DNA of 64,000 nt from Candidatus Obscuribacteraceae bacterium (GCA_044226015.1 JBGAHS010000006.1:416001-480000); one strand, 5' to 3'. Positions 1 through 10,566 are shown, numbered from the stretch's first letter. The notes: a model not told the origin generated them from the letters alone. A program made the numbers and translations.

Positions 1-766
1 TCAAGACGCCCAGTCTCGCATCCTGCTGAACGCGTAAAATCGCCCGCTCCAATGCAGCCTTTTCACCAGTTTCTGGACTATGGCTCATTGAGACAGCCCG
101 GATTCTGTAGTTCGCTAGAGTTTTTTTTATGTATCCTATTCTTGCCAAGCGACTGAGATTTAGATGCCCCGGATAGTCTCCCATCCGATAATCTCGCGAT
201 TTGAAAATATCAAATGTGTAACAGCGATCCCAAAGATTCTTGCGCACCATTAATGTTGCGCTACAAATGTAATTTCTGGCAATTAAGAGGTCAAAAATCC
301 ACCCTTGAGGAATTTCTATAAATCGGAAATTAGCCTGCCAAAAGTGGTCCTCTACTCTGTAAATGTTTTCGTAAACTCCAGAGAATTCGGAATGAACAGC
401 TCCAAATGAAGGGTCATTCATTAGGAAATTCACATTCTCTTCAATTTTTGCAGGAAACAAATAATCATCAGCATCCAGATATGAAGCGAATTCACCAGTC
501 ATGTGCTTGAACGCACCATTCATACTCAGGAGTGTGCCAAGATTTCGCTCATTCCTGAGCATCTTAACTTTAGGAAACCTATCCTTCAAAATCGGTTCAA
601 AGTCGCAAGCAATTTCCCAAGAATCATCAGAACTGCAGTCATCAACGAAGACTAGTTCAATATTTTCATAGGTTTGAGAAAGGAGGGAATTAAAGGCTGA
701 GTGCAGATATGGAGCTGAGTTAAAGGATGGAACGCAGACAGACACCAGAGGGGAAATTTTACTCAT
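1..766 (-). CDS. Glycosyltransferase family 2 (GT-A), partial; runs off the left edge and is absent from the ORF track
   Basis: Manual translation from ATG 766: MSKISPLVSVCVPSFNSAPYLHSAFNSLLSQTYENIELVFVDDCSSDDS...RNLG...GEFASYLDADDYL...MGDYP...IGYIKKTLANYR. Classic GT2 motifs including DxD; frame is open to position 1. Confidence 0.93.
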   Translation of the reverse strand, partial: MSKISPLVSVCVPSFNSAPYLHSAFNSLLSQTYENIELVFVDDCSSDDSWEIACDFEPILKDRFPKVKMLRNERNLGTLLSMNGAFKHMTGEFASYLDADDYLFPAKIEENVNFLMNDPSFGAVHSEFSGVYENIYRVEDHFWQANFRFIEIPQGWIFDLLIARNYICSATLMVRKNLWDRCYTFDIFKSRDYRMGDYPGHLNLSRLARIGYIKKTLANYRIRAVSMSHSPETGEKAALERAILRVQQDARLGVL

Positions 767-842
767 GACACTCAACGGCAAGAATGCTAAAACACCATAT
801 TAAGACACAATTATAAGGTAAGCAGCTCACAGAGCGAAAGAA

Positions 843-3464
843 ATGATTCTAAGCGACTCTAATTTTTCCTCTAAAACCTTCGACAAGCATCCGCCAGTAT
901 CGATCTGTATGCCCATGGTAAAGGCAGATTCACGAATCGACGAAACGATTACATCTCTTACAAATCAAACCTATAAGAACTTCGATCTAATAATCTGCGG
1001 ACGGGTCGATACGCTGAATTACGCCCAATTGAATGCGCTACGGCAGAAGTTGAAATTAACAATTGTGCCACAGGCATCAGCAAATGAAACGAGTATTCAC
1101 AACACCCTACTTTCCTTATCGTCCGGTAAGTACGTAAAGTTCATATTGCCAGAAAGCATCTTGGACGCTAATTGCATTGAAATGTACGTGCAAACTTTTG
1201 AACGATATGAAACACTAGCAATGGTGACAGCCCCAGTTCGTTGCTTGTACGATGACAGCAAGAAAACATCCAAGGTTCTTTCTCCAGAATTTATCGGCTA
1301 TCGTTCAGGCAAGTCGGTGGTAGAGAAAGCGCTTCACACGCTCGATAGCCCAGTAGGAAATCTAAGCAACGTGATGTTTCGCAAAGATTTTGCTCAAGAA
1401 GGGTTCAACGGAAAATTCGACAGCCTGGCAGATATGGAACTGTGGCTCAAAGTTCTTGCATACGGTGATTGCGTTTCCCTTTCTCGCCCGCTTCTTTATG
1501 CACCATTCTTCGAACCACTTGCCAAAAGAAATACCAGACTCGAGTCGTTACAGGAAATATATGACTGTATTCTTTTGCAGGAAGCCCAGATCAACAAACT
1601 GGTGGAGAAAGGCATAACTGGCTTTGAGGCATATAACAAAGCGTTTAACAGCGTAGAAGATCGCTTCGTCCAGATTTGCCACTCACGGGCTCTTACAAAA
1701 GAAGGTTCTGCTTATGCCGCCCGCAAGCTTGCAGAGACGCTGGATCGGGACAGTTTGATTGAACTTGTGGTCAAATTCAATGAGCTGACTTATTCGAGTA
1801 TGGAACGCATAGTTTCTTTGCGGCGGCAACATGAACCAAAAGCTCTCGACAGAACAGAAGATAGCCCAGAGAAAGATGAAGCTTTAGCACAACTTTCCCA
1901 CTACAGAGATGAACTCAGAAAAGAGTACAGAGCTCTAGGAAATTCGATTTCATGGCGAGTAACTGAACCCTTAAGACTTGCCAATTCGGCTTTAGTAAGT
2001 GCGGAGGCTTCAAGCACCAGGCGGCGAATGCTGCCACTCATAACTGAAATAGCAAAACAAACAGCAAAAAGAAGACGGACAATTTTCCGAACCGCTAGTA
2101 AAACACAAGCCCCATTGCCAGCTCTGCGCCACGAGGTCGAAGAGCTGGAGCGCGAAATCTCATCCATACGTGAATCGAGATCATGGAAGGTCAGTAAATT
2201 CCTTCGGCAACTCCGCTCGAAGCATGAGAGAAAAACTATTCGCCCAGCTTCGCTCAATTCAATTCTTGAAAGCATTGACAAACATGATATAGATGCAGAT
2301 TTGTTAGTTTTTGATGATACATTCCCAAATAAGCTATCAGCCTTTCGTTATGCCGAATACTCTGAGTATTTAAAATCAATTCCGAACTGCCACGTTATTC
2401 GCGTCGGTGAAACTCCGGTGTTCTATGGTGCAAACAAAGAATACAAAGATGTTCTTGAGGAATACTACACCCTACACCCGTCGCACTCAAAACGAATTCA
2501 CGAATTCACCAGTGCAGCGAATATAAGTGCCAAACTTGCATATTGTGTTTTCCTTTCCCTGGCACACGATTATCTGCCACATTTCGAAAACCTGAATTTG
2601 CCTTTTGTTTTCACTCTCTACCCGGGCGGTTGTTTCGAAATGAATCAACCAAATTCCGACGCGATGCTAAAACGCGTAATGTCTTCACCACTTTTCCAAA
2701 AGGTAATTGTCAGCCAGCGCATAGTGAAAAATTATCTCCTTGCAAATAAGTTCTGCAAGGAAAATCAAATTGAGGAGATCATTGGCTGCGTAACACTAGA
2801 TAATTCGGGTTTGAGTGGCTACGAGAAACAGTATTTTGGTATAGACAAGAGCACAAAAGATATCTGTTTCGTGGCGCACAAATACCATGCGCAAGGTCAC
2901 GATAAAGGATACGACGTGTTTATAGATTTAGCTAAGGAACTGTCAAAGCGCAGAGACGACGTCTACTTCCACGTCGTTGGAGGCTTCGAAGCAAAAGATA
3001 TAGACATTTGTGGAATCGAAGATCGCATTCGGTTCTATGGGGCACTTGAACACGAAGAATTGCAGTCTTTCTACTTAGCGATGGACGCCATTGTGTCTCC
3101 CAACATACATGGAAAGGTATCACCTGGTCGCTTTGACGGCTTCCCAACAGGTTGCTGCATGGAAGCAGGATTGCTTGGAGTTGTTCCGTTCTGCACAGAC
3201 TTTTTGAATCAAAATGTACTTCTGGACGAAGGAAAAGATTTCATTTCGATAGATCGAAATCCATCCTCAATAGCGAATAGCATTGAACCATTTCTCAACG
3301 ACATGGAGCGTCTTTACGACTGTTCAAAACACGTAAGACAAACATTCAGCCGCGTCTATGGTTACGATGCTCAGCTTGAGCCGAGAATCAAAGTAATAAC
3401 TGATGTATTGGACGGACAAAAGAAGGACCCAAAGCAGAACAGGCAGCCATCAAAAGTTCGATGA
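843..3464 (+). CDS. Multidomain glycosyltransferase: degenerate GT2-like N-terminus, coiled coil, C-terminal GT4-like (GT-B) domain
   Basis: N-terminal PPVSICMP...SLTNQTYKNFDLII (GT2-like); two SxSW motifs (SISWRVTEPLR, SRSWKVSKFLR); C-terminal KGYDVFI...FHVVG...DGFPTGCCMEAG (GT4-like). Confidence 0.85.
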   Translation: MILSDSNFSSKTFDKHPPVSICMPMVKADSRIDETITSLTNQTYKNFDLIICGRVDTLNYAQLNALRQKLKLTIVPQASANETSIHNTLLSLSSGKYVKFILPESILDANCIEMYVQTFERYETLAMVTAPVRCLYDDSKKTSKVLSPEFIGYRSGKSVVEKALHTLDSPVGNLSNVMFRKDFAQEGFNGKFDSLADMELWLKVLAYGDCVSLSRPLLYAPFFEPLAKRNTRLESLQEIYDCILLQEAQINKLVEKGITGFEAYNKAFNSVEDRFVQICHSRALTKEGSAYAARKLAETLDRDSLIELVVKFNELTYSSMERIVSLRRQHEPKALDRTEDSPEKDEALAQLSHYRDELRKEYRALGNSISWRVTEPLRLANSALVSAEASSTRRRMLPLITEIAKQTAKRRRTIFRTASKTQAPLPALRHEVEELEREISSIRESRSWKVSKFLRQLRSKHERKTIRPASLNSILESIDKHDIDADLLVFDDTFPNKLSAFRYAEYSEYLKSIPNCHVIRVGETPVFYGANKEYKDVLEEYYTLHPSHSKRIHEFTSAANISAKLAYCVFLSLAHDYLPHFENLNLPFVFTLYPGGCFEMNQPNSDAMLKRVMSSPLFQKVIVSQRIVKNYLLANKFCKENQIEEIIGCVTLDNSGLSGYEKQYFGIDKSTKDICFVAHKYHAQGHDKGYDVFIDLAKELSKRRDDVYFHVVGGFEAKDIDICGIEDRIRFYGALEHEELQSFYLAMDAIVSPNIHGKVSPGRFDGFPTGCCMEAGLLGVVPFCTDFLNQNVLLDEGKDFISIDRNPSSIANSIEPFLNDMERLYDCSKHVRQTFSRVYGYDAQLEPRIKVITDVLDGQKKDPKQNRQPSKVR

Positions 3465-4618
3465 ACGAATCAGAGTGTTTATCATACACAAGCGAGTCCC
3501 GCATCATGTCAAATGAAAGCAACAATTGCCATGCTCCCCTGTTTGTTGTCGGAAAGCCGTCGGTATTGAATCGTGAGCGTTTCTTAGAACGTGTTGCAGG
3601 AATACTAGATAGTGTTTGCCACACCAATGACGGACCACTTGTTCAAGAACTCGAAGCATTTGCATCACATAAATTTGAAGTTGAGCACTGCGTCGCAGTG
3701 GCAAACGCAACCTTAGGTCTTGAACTGTTAATGCAAGCTTTGGATCTGCCACCAAACAGTAAAGTTATTGTGCCGTCTTTTACGTTCGTTGCATCAGTAC
3801 ATGCTATCGTTCGTTGTAATTTGCAGCCGGTATTTTGCGACATTGATAAACGAGGTCTGATTGATTGTGATAAAGTAGAGCAATTAATTGACAGCAACAC
3901 AAGCGCCATTCTAGCTGTAAATCTCTTTGGATTTTCCTGCGACATTACTCAACTCACAGCGATTGCAGACAAGCACAAACTGAAGCTCATGTTTGACTCC
4001 GCACACGGAGTAGGAGTCAAACACAGTGGAAGTCCATTGGGTGCAAACGGCATTGCTGAGGTGTTTTCGCTTCATGCCACTAAAATAGTTTCGGGCTTTG
4101 AAGGCGGGCTAATAACAAGCATGTCAGATGAACTCGCGAAAAAGCTGAGACTAGCTCGAAATTTTGGCTTTGCTGGCTACGACAGAGTAATCAGTGTTGG
4201 TACCAATGCGAAACTCTCAGAGATTCATGCGGCAATGGCTCTAAGTAACTTTGAGCATTTGGATGATGCCATTTCGCACAATCAATCACTCTTCGCTGCA
4301 TATCAAAATAAGCTGAGAAGCGCATCGCACTTGTTGACGCCCAATGAAAATGAAAGTTCAAACTATCAGTACGTTGGACTACGATGTCCAGCCGAAACAC
4401 GAGACCGTGTTCTGTCGCATTTAATCAAGAATCGAGTGTTTGCTAGACGTTATTTCTATCCAGGCGTTCATGCGATGAAACCTTACTCCAATATCAGATA
4501 CAACTTACCAGTCACCGAGAGACTATCAGCAGAAATATTATGTCTTCCAACTGGACCTTCTGTTAAGGTAGAGGATGTTGAATTCATCTCCGACATCGTC
4601 AATTCCTGCAGCGCTTAG
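3461..4618 (+). CDS. DegT/DnrJ/EryC1/StrS family PLP-dependent sugar aminotransferase (VioA/DesI-like)
   Basis: VANATLGL, PSFTFVAS, FDSAH, FSLHATK (PLP lysine), EGG, GTNAKLSE, RRYFYP; ATGA overlap with the upstream GT. Confidence 0.93.
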   Translation: MNESECLSYTSESRIMSNESNNCHAPLFVVGKPSVLNRERFLERVAGILDSVCHTNDGPLVQELEAFASHKFEVEHCVAVANATLGLELLMQALDLPPNSKVIVPSFTFVASVHAIVRCNLQPVFCDIDKRGLIDCDKVEQLIDSNTSAILAVNLFGFSCDITQLTAIADKHKLKLMFDSAHGVGVKHSGSPLGANGIAEVFSLHATKIVSGFEGGLITSMSDELAKKLRLARNFGFAGYDRVISVGTNAKLSEIHAAMALSNFEHLDDAISHNQSLFAAYQNKLRSASHLLTPNENESSNYQYVGLRCPAETRDRVLSHLIKNRVFARRYFYPGVHAMKPYSNIRYNLPVTERLSAEILCLPTGPSVKVEDVEFISDIVNSCSA

Positions 4619-4644
4619 AAGTATCCCAGAATTCAGCCCCCTTA

Positions 4645-5736
4645 CTAGTTCGTCACAACTTTCCTTTTGGGTGTCATGGAAATTGTCTTTGTAGCAGAAG
4701 GGTTAGCTGTTGTATCGAGCGAATCAGACACGAGGGCTCGCATACCTGTATAAGTTGCTGCAGAAAGCAATGCGACAGCGGGAAGCGTAACTATCCACGC
4801 GGTCGCTATCACAGCGAGCATCTTCCCATTCAGCTTTCCCGCACCATACTTCGATATGGTTCCACCAGCAACAGCAGATGTAAGAGTGTGAGTAGTGCTT
4901 ATTGGTGCTCCGAAGAATGAGGCAAGAGAGATTATCAACGCAGTGCTGCTCTCAGCACCAAAACCATGCGAATAGCAGAGCTTCTCTTTGCTCAATTTCT
5001 CACCGACTGTTTTAATTACACGACCGCCACCGATTGTCGTGCCTATTCCCATAGCTAATGCTGCGGCAATGACGACCCATAGTGGAACCTTATTCAAGTT
5101 GTATCCCGCTGCTGGAAATGCTATGGCAAGAATTAGAGTAATTATCCCCATAGTTTTCTGTCCATCATTGCCACCATGACTGAAGCTTACGCAGGCAGAT
5201 GAGAAGATTTGCGCGCATCGCAGAAGAAGCGGATTTGTATCATCACCTTTTTCATTTGACACTCTTGAAGCTATCCAGGTGAGAAGCGCACCACCAAGAA
5301 AACCGGCTAATGGGGAAAGCAAAAGAGCTAACATAACTTTATTTAGTTCTGTCCATGCTACTCCATTCATTCCGGCAGCAGCGATACCTGCACCGAAGAG
5401 ACTGCCAATCAAACAATGCGACGAACTAACAGGCAGCCCGAAATACCAGGTGACCAGGTTCCATATAATGCCAGCAATGAGTACTGACAAAACAACCAGA
5501 AGAGACAGGCTATCTTGAGGGATTATGTGAGTGATTACCTTAGCAACCGCAGTGCCAACCAGCACAGCTCCGGCGAAATTAAACAGTCCACTCAAAATAA
5601 TTGCGACACGTGGAGGTAGGGCCTTTGAATATATGACTGTAGCGACTGCATTCGCGGTGTCATGAAATCCATTAACAAAATCAAAACCTAAAGCAAGAAC
5701 AATGCCGAATATGGCAACTATTTCTGCGACTGACAT
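4645..5736 (-). CDS. pit: Inorganic phosphate transporter, PiT (PHO4) family
   Basis: NGFHDTANAVAT, GLPVSSSH, HGGNDGQKTMG and PISTTH signature motifs; many TM helices. Confidence 0.93.
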   Translation of the reverse strand: MSVAEIVAIFGIVLALGFDFVNGFHDTANAVATVIYSKALPPRVAIILSGLFNFAGAVLVGTAVAKVITHIIPQDSLSLLVVLSVLIAGIIWNLVTWYFGLPVSSSHCLIGSLFGAGIAAAGMNGVAWTELNKVMLALLLSPLAGFLGGALLTWIASRVSNEKGDDTNPLLLRCAQIFSSACVSFSHGGNDGQKTMGIITLILAIAFPAAGYNLNKVPLWVVIAAALAMGIGTTIGGGRVIKTVGEKLSKEKLCYSHGFGAESSTALIISLASFFGAPISTTHTLTSAVAGGTISKYGAGKLNGKMLAVIATAWIVTLPAVALLSAATYTGMRALVSDSLDTTANPSATKTISMTPKRKVVTN

Positions 5737-5756
5737 AAAAATACCTTTTGCTCCTT

Positions 5757-6245
5757 TTACATTATGTGCTTATCTGGACTTGCTGCCAACTGCGGTGCAG
5801 TTGGTAATGACTGCAGTTCTTTCAACTGCTGATTTAAGATCTCCTCTTTGCTTAGACCTTTTTTGTGCAACATCTTGTATTCGTCACCGAGCCGCACACG
5901 AGCCGTTTCCAGCGCGGCGAGGGCGTTACCTGCACCATAGGCTAAAGCTGTTCCACCTTGAACTTCGAAACGATGGTAGGCATCACGCGTGTACTTGAAA
6001 GCGCCAACGGTTCCACCAATGCCATTGGCGATTTTGCTTCCGCCTGCTACTGATGAAACTGCCATGTTCTCAATGAAACGCTTTCTTGCGGCGTTTTGCT
6101 CGTCTGCAAGCATTGTGTTTCGTTTTTGTAGTATTTTTGCAGAGGCTTTCAATGCCTCTTTCCTGAGCACCACCCCATGTAGTTCGAGTGTCTCTGTTCG
6201 TGAAAGGTCTTTTGACCGGCGTTTTTGCCTTCCGAAGAGAATCAT
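5757..6245 (-). CDS. Hypothetical Gly/Ala-rich helical-hairpin protein, resembling the C-terminal part of 12562..13932
   Basis: 162-aa ORF ending 20 bp upstream of pit on the same strand; two Gly/Ala-rich hydrophobic helices. Start codon uncertain. Confidence 0.65.
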   Translation of the reverse strand: MILFGRQKRRSKDLSRTETLELHGVVLRKEALKASAKILQKRNTMLADEQNAARKRFIENMAVSSVAGGSKIANGIGGTVGAFKYTRDAYHRFEVQGGTALAYGAGNALAALETARVRLGDEYKMLHKKGLSKEEILNQQLKELQSLPTAPQLAASPDKHIM

Positions 6246-6273
6246 GTCAAAGCAGGGTTAACAAAGGGTGAAG
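6244..6273 (-). promoter_or_regulatory. Pho-box-like triple direct repeat (11-bp period)
   Basis: Minus strand reads CTTCACCC-n3-GTTAACCC-n3-TTTGACAT, resembling the cyanobacterial SphR/PhoB PyTTAAPyPy(T/A) repeats, at the head of the pit operon. Confidence 0.5.
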
Positions 6274-6477
6274 GAAAAAAGAAATCTGCATCGCTTTGGT
6301 TCTCGGAACAAATGCACGACGATCTGATAAAAATCGGAGATCCTCATCCTATAAAGGGCATAAATTGTATTGGCAAAACTACGCGATAGTGAAAACACTT
6401 GCTCCTCTCTTCTATTTTGCGTGCCAGCCAATGTTCAAGTAATTTGTCGCAGAGTTTCAACCTGAGCGAATAACCTA

Positions 6478-8601
6478 ATGAATAAAAATAGAAAGTACAA
6501 AAAGACTGAGGCTACATCATTGCTGTGCCTCCTTTTCCTATCTCATACCGTTCCAACAGGCGCAGCAGACCTCGCTGGCGCAAAACTAAAGTTGCAACAC
6601 GGAGACATGCAAGCAGTAAAGAAAATGGACAAAGAAATTGCTTCAATGAGCAAACTTGAAAAAGAAGAACTAATAAAAGAACTGACAACACTTCTGAAGT
6701 CTGCAGACTGGCAAAAGCAAGAGAAGGCAGCACACATGGCAGGTGCCCTTGGACCTGATGCGCTACCGCTTCTACCTCTGCTAATTTCAGCCATGAATTC
6801 TGGAATGGAGAACGTAGCATGGGAAGCAGCTCCAGCGATTGGAAAAATAGGAAAAGCAGCCGTACCCACGTTGGTAGCAGACCTGAAGAAAGAAGACTTA
6901 AAATCACGCCGCGCCCGACACCTGATAGCGGCAATAGGTGAATTAGGTTCCAGCGGAAGCGCCGCAGTATCAACATTAGCTCCATTCCTTGCTGACGGCG
7001 CAAATACTGGTGCTGTGGACGCACTCAAGAAAATGGGTGTTTCTTGCATTGAGCCGCTTGCAGCCTCTCTCGAAACAGCGAAAGATAGTAGGGTTTGGGT
7101 CTATTCTTGTGAGATATTCTCAACCTCTCCTGAACAATCGTCGACGGCTCTTGCCTCATTGTTGAAGAGCAAAGAAGCTGCGCGATTAGAGCCCGCAACC
7201 TATATTCTGTCAAAGATAGCATCTAGCGCTTACTCTTCTTGCATACCCGGTCTTATTACAGCAATGTTGCTGAACAAAGCAAACATTTCAGATAGAGCAC
7301 AAGAAGCACTAATAAGAATTGGACCAGCAGCCAGTACTGCTTTGCGAAAGCACGCACTAGACGATGATATTGAAGTACAAAAACGAGTTGCTTCTGTTTT
7401 GCAAACAATAGGTAAGTCCTCGAAGACAGACATTGCAGCGATGGAAAAGGGACTGAGCAATAAAAATGCTGAGTCGGCCGCACTAACGGCGAGCACCATT
7501 TTGAAAAATGATCGCAACAACAAAGCTGCTCAAGATACACTAAACAACTTGCTAAAATCCAAAGACGAGCGCACCCGCAGCATAGCGTGTCAAGCTTGTT
7601 CAAAAGTAGGTCCTAATGCTGTTGGCACAGTAACCATCCTAATTGGGCTTTTGAAGGATCCTAATCCGCAGGTACGAATGGATGCTGCCACCGCAATCGG
7701 TGCTATCGGTGCAGGGGCTGCAAGCGCAACACCAGCATTGATCATTGCCTGCACAAGTACTCACCCTGTTGTTGTACAGGGACACGAAGCAATTGGAATG
7801 GACCCAAGCATTCAGCAAGCTGCCATAACTTCTCTTGGGCAGATTGGGCCAAAGGCAGCCGCAGCTGTACCCACGCTCACAAATATGCTAGCGCAGAAAG
7901 AGAACTCGTACAGAGGCGAATACATACTTAAGTCTCTTCAAGGCATGAAAAATTCGGCTGCACCAGCGATTCCTACTCTGATGCAAGCATGGCAAAACAA
8001 TTCCTACTCCAGGTTACTTTTGCTGGATACATTCAAATCTATCGGCACTGCGTCAACAAAAGCAATTCCCCTTTTGCAAAAGTCCCTAGATTCACCAAAG
8101 GAGACTTATCGCAAGGATATCTTCGAGACCATTCTAGTCCTGGAACCAGACACCGAAAAGAAACGCAGCTTCATCAGGAAGTACATGAGTAGCACTGACT
8201 ACGAACTGAGTCACGCCGCGAGTAGCGCTTATGCAAGCTTACCTGCAAGCAAGAGCGCAGCTTCAGACTTGCCGGCGCTCTTAGCCGGGTTAAGCTCTAG
8301 CCAGTATGATGTAAAACTGAATTCCATCAAAGCGCTAGGCAAGGTGGGACCGGCCGCCCACGCAGCACTACCGAAACTTATAAAAGATAACATAGGATGT
8401 TCATTCAGCCAGAACGAAAAAACTCTTGCTTTTGAGGCAATAAAACAAATCGACCCATCAGGAGATGAAGTCGTTCCCTTGCTAACTAAAGCGTTGGAAG
8501 ATCCGTTTCAAGTAAGAGGTGCTTGTGAATTACTCGATTTCATAGGCAGTGCGAAAACGAAACCAATAGCGGCTGCAACAAAGGCTAAGTGGAAGCTTTA
8601 G
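6478..8601 (+). CDS. Exported HEAT/PBS-lyase-like repeat protein
   Basis: Signal-peptide-like N-terminus; repeated ALGxIGPxAxxAVPxLxxLL units (e.g. QVRMDAATAIGAIG). Confidence 0.85.
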   Translation: MNKNRKYKKTEATSLLCLLFLSHTVPTGAADLAGAKLKLQHGDMQAVKKMDKEIASMSKLEKEELIKELTTLLKSADWQKQEKAAHMAGALGPDALPLLPLLISAMNSGMENVAWEAAPAIGKIGKAAVPTLVADLKKEDLKSRRARHLIAAIGELGSSGSAAVSTLAPFLADGANTGAVDALKKMGVSCIEPLAASLETAKDSRVWVYSCEIFSTSPEQSSTALASLLKSKEAARLEPATYILSKIASSAYSSCIPGLITAMLLNKANISDRAQEALIRIGPAASTALRKHALDDDIEVQKRVASVLQTIGKSSKTDIAAMEKGLSNKNAESAALTASTILKNDRNNKAAQDTLNNLLKSKDERTRSIACQACSKVGPNAVGTVTILIGLLKDPNPQVRMDAATAIGAIGAGAASATPALIIACTSTHPVVVQGHEAIGMDPSIQQAAITSLGQIGPKAAAAVPTLTNMLAQKENSYRGEYILKSLQGMKNSAAPAIPTLMQAWQNNSYSRLLLLDTFKSIGTASTKAIPLLQKSLDSPKETYRKDIFETILVLEPDTEKKRSFIRKYMSSTDYELSHAASSAYASLPASKSAASDLPALLAGLSSSQYDVKLNSIKALGKVGPAAHAALPKLIKDNIGCSFSQNEKTLAFEAIKQIDPSGDEVVPLLTKALEDPFQVRGACELLDFIGSAKTKPIAAATKAKWKL

Positions 8602-8736
8602 TGCTTTAGGCGAATTGTTCGTATAATATAAAATGGTACAGACAGCAAGAATGGAACAGTCCGGTAAAGTCCGCCAAGTACTTTTTGCTCAGCTTCTAGC
8701 AGCTGCTGAATCCCGAGAACTCGCCTTTTGGTTCGT

Positions 8737-9339
8737 ATGCCGATGAGATTGATAACAAAATTCGCGTGGACTCTCATTTTGCTTCATTTGACTTGCGTTC
8801 CATCAATTGCGCAACTCAAAGAACTTCAGCCACTTCCTGATACACAAAGTGCACCAAAACCTATGACTCTTGAAGGGCGAGCAAGCCTACAAGATCCAGA
8901 CAGAGACGATAAAGCAGTTCTGGTCGAGTGGGACAAATGGCATAATCGAATTGCAAAAGCAGCCTATCAAAGATTCAACGCCTCTCTTCTTGGTGATGAC
9001 GCGATAAACTTCAGCGGAATTCCGATTAAGTTAGGCATGTCACCTATGCATCATTTTCCCGATGGCTTGAAGACTTCGACTACATGCCTCGTCACGGCAG
9101 ATCATCATATTATGAATCTTCGAGTTGTGAAAAGTTCTGGAGTGAAGGAATTCGATAATCTTGTTTTACGAGCAGTCAAAGGGCTGGATGGAAAATCTGT
9201 ATTGAAATTTCCAAAGAATTCGCAGCGCCTGGTTGTAACCGAATCAGACAATTTTTGGGTCGGAACTAATACTGGATTTCACCAGAATCAACTGGGAGAC
9301 GTTGAGAAACTTCATCCAGAAACAAACGCTTCGAATTAG
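8737..9339 (+). CDS. Exported protein with a TonB C-terminal-like domain
   Basis: Signal peptide; VTADHHIMNLRVVKSSGVKEFDNLVLRAV matches the TonB_C/TolA-type SSGxxxFDxxxxxAV pattern. ATG 8737 preferred over TTG 8728. Confidence 0.7.
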   Translation: MPMRLITKFAWTLILLHLTCVPSIAQLKELQPLPDTQSAPKPMTLEGRASLQDPDRDDKAVLVEWDKWHNRIAKAAYQRFNASLLGDDAINFSGIPIKLGMSPMHHFPDGLKTSTTCLVTADHHIMNLRVVKSSGVKEFDNLVLRAVKGLDGKSVLKFPKNSQRLVVTESDNFWVGTNTGFHQNQLGDVEKLHPETNASN

Positions 9340-10566
9340 TCACCAATCTTCTGAGCACGTAACGGACCTTTTAAGTATAGAATCACCAGATTGGACAGAT
9401 GGATTCAACCATCTTTGAAAATCTGCGAAGAGTCGTCTTCTCTCACTTTGAGAACCCGTGGTCAGCCGATACGTGTTCAAAGTCGAGCGGAAATCATCCG
9501 GATCATCATTTGTCATATCTAGAGTGAGATAAGTGGTTTGTTTAGTTACAGGGTTCATATAGTGAAAAAAATCAAACGAACAAATTCTCTCAGGATGACT
9601 AGCAGAAGCAAGCTTAACCTGTTGCCGTAGCCGATCAATATGACACGGCAATCTTCGATTGGTTTCAGTTCTTTCAAACAACTCAACAAGTGGAGAGAAC
9701 CTCACAGTTGTGGTACCGCCTTGCGTTACTCTTGAAGAAGAACAAGCGTTCTTAAATGCCGAGTACAACTGCTCTACTTCAGCACAGGTCAAACCAACTT
9801 CTCCGACTTGATCTTGAACAAATACCTCATCAACACCACTTCCATCGAGGATTCTGGTATATGTTCCAATTACGTCTGAATAGGATCGAGGCGGTGCTTC
9901 ACCACGAAAAGCCGATATCGAAAAAGGCACGTTCTTTTTTGCTTTGCAAGAAGTGCTTATCTTTAACAAGAAGTCATGCAAATACCCACTTCGAAGATCA
10001 CCACCATTAAAAGAAAAAGCATAAAATTCAAGCGGCATGTACCATCCAGCAAAACTAACATGATTACCGTATTTGGCAGCCAATCTTTCCGCAAGATCTA
10101 TTTCACTAGGAGCAACGGCATCGAGTGCCCGTTTCAACGTTTCGGGCTGGTTAAAGTTCTCTGGGCTAGCCCATGTAGGATCATTCATAAGTCCAACATG
10201 AACCTTGATATTTAGAGCATCAGCGTCAATCAGGATCTGTTCCAATACATCATATTCACCTTCAGCTGCGTGTTGGGCATCAAATGGAGCGATTCCTCCG
10301 TGGTCCTTTTCCTGAACGTGTTGAATGATTATCGAATCATATTTAAGCTCTGATGCTGCCTTTAATAGAAACTGCCATTCGTAGCTCGGTATAGCTTTTT
10401 TATGAACAGCACTGAGCTGAAAGAAAGACACAGTCGGCACCTGTGACGGAGGCGGACCATTAGCCTCTGCGCCAACATTCTCGGCGGCTGCAGCTTCCGG
10501 TCCAACAATGGAAAGGTTCAAAAGTGTTGTTATACAGAATGATGTAAGAACGCAAAATAGTCTCAT
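9340..10566 (-). CDS. DUF4434-like exported glycoside-hydrolase-type TIM-barrel protein
   Basis: Signal peptide; SFFQL, IIIQ, ILIDADALNIKVHVGL, YGNHVSFAGWYMPLE, QDQVG pattern. Confidence 0.75.
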   Translation of the reverse strand: MRLFCVLTSFCITTLLNLSIVGPEAAAAENVGAEANGPPPSQVPTVSFFQLSAVHKKAIPSYEWQFLLKAASELKYDSIIIQHVQEKDHGGIAPFDAQHAAEGEYDVLEQILIDADALNIKVHVGLMNDPTWASPENFNQPETLKRALDAVAPSEIDLAERLAAKYGNHVSFAGWYMPLEFYAFSFNGGDLRSGYLHDFLLKISTSCKAKKNVPFSISAFRGEAPPRSYSDVIGTYTRILDGSGVDEVFVQDQVGEVGLTCAEVEQLYSAFKNACSSSRVTQGGTTTVRFSPLVELFERTETNRRLPCHIDRLRQQVKLASASHPERICSFDFFHYMNPVTKQTTYLTLDMTNDDPDDFRSTLNTYRLTTGSQSERRRLFADFQRWLNPSVQSGDSILKRSVTCSEDW

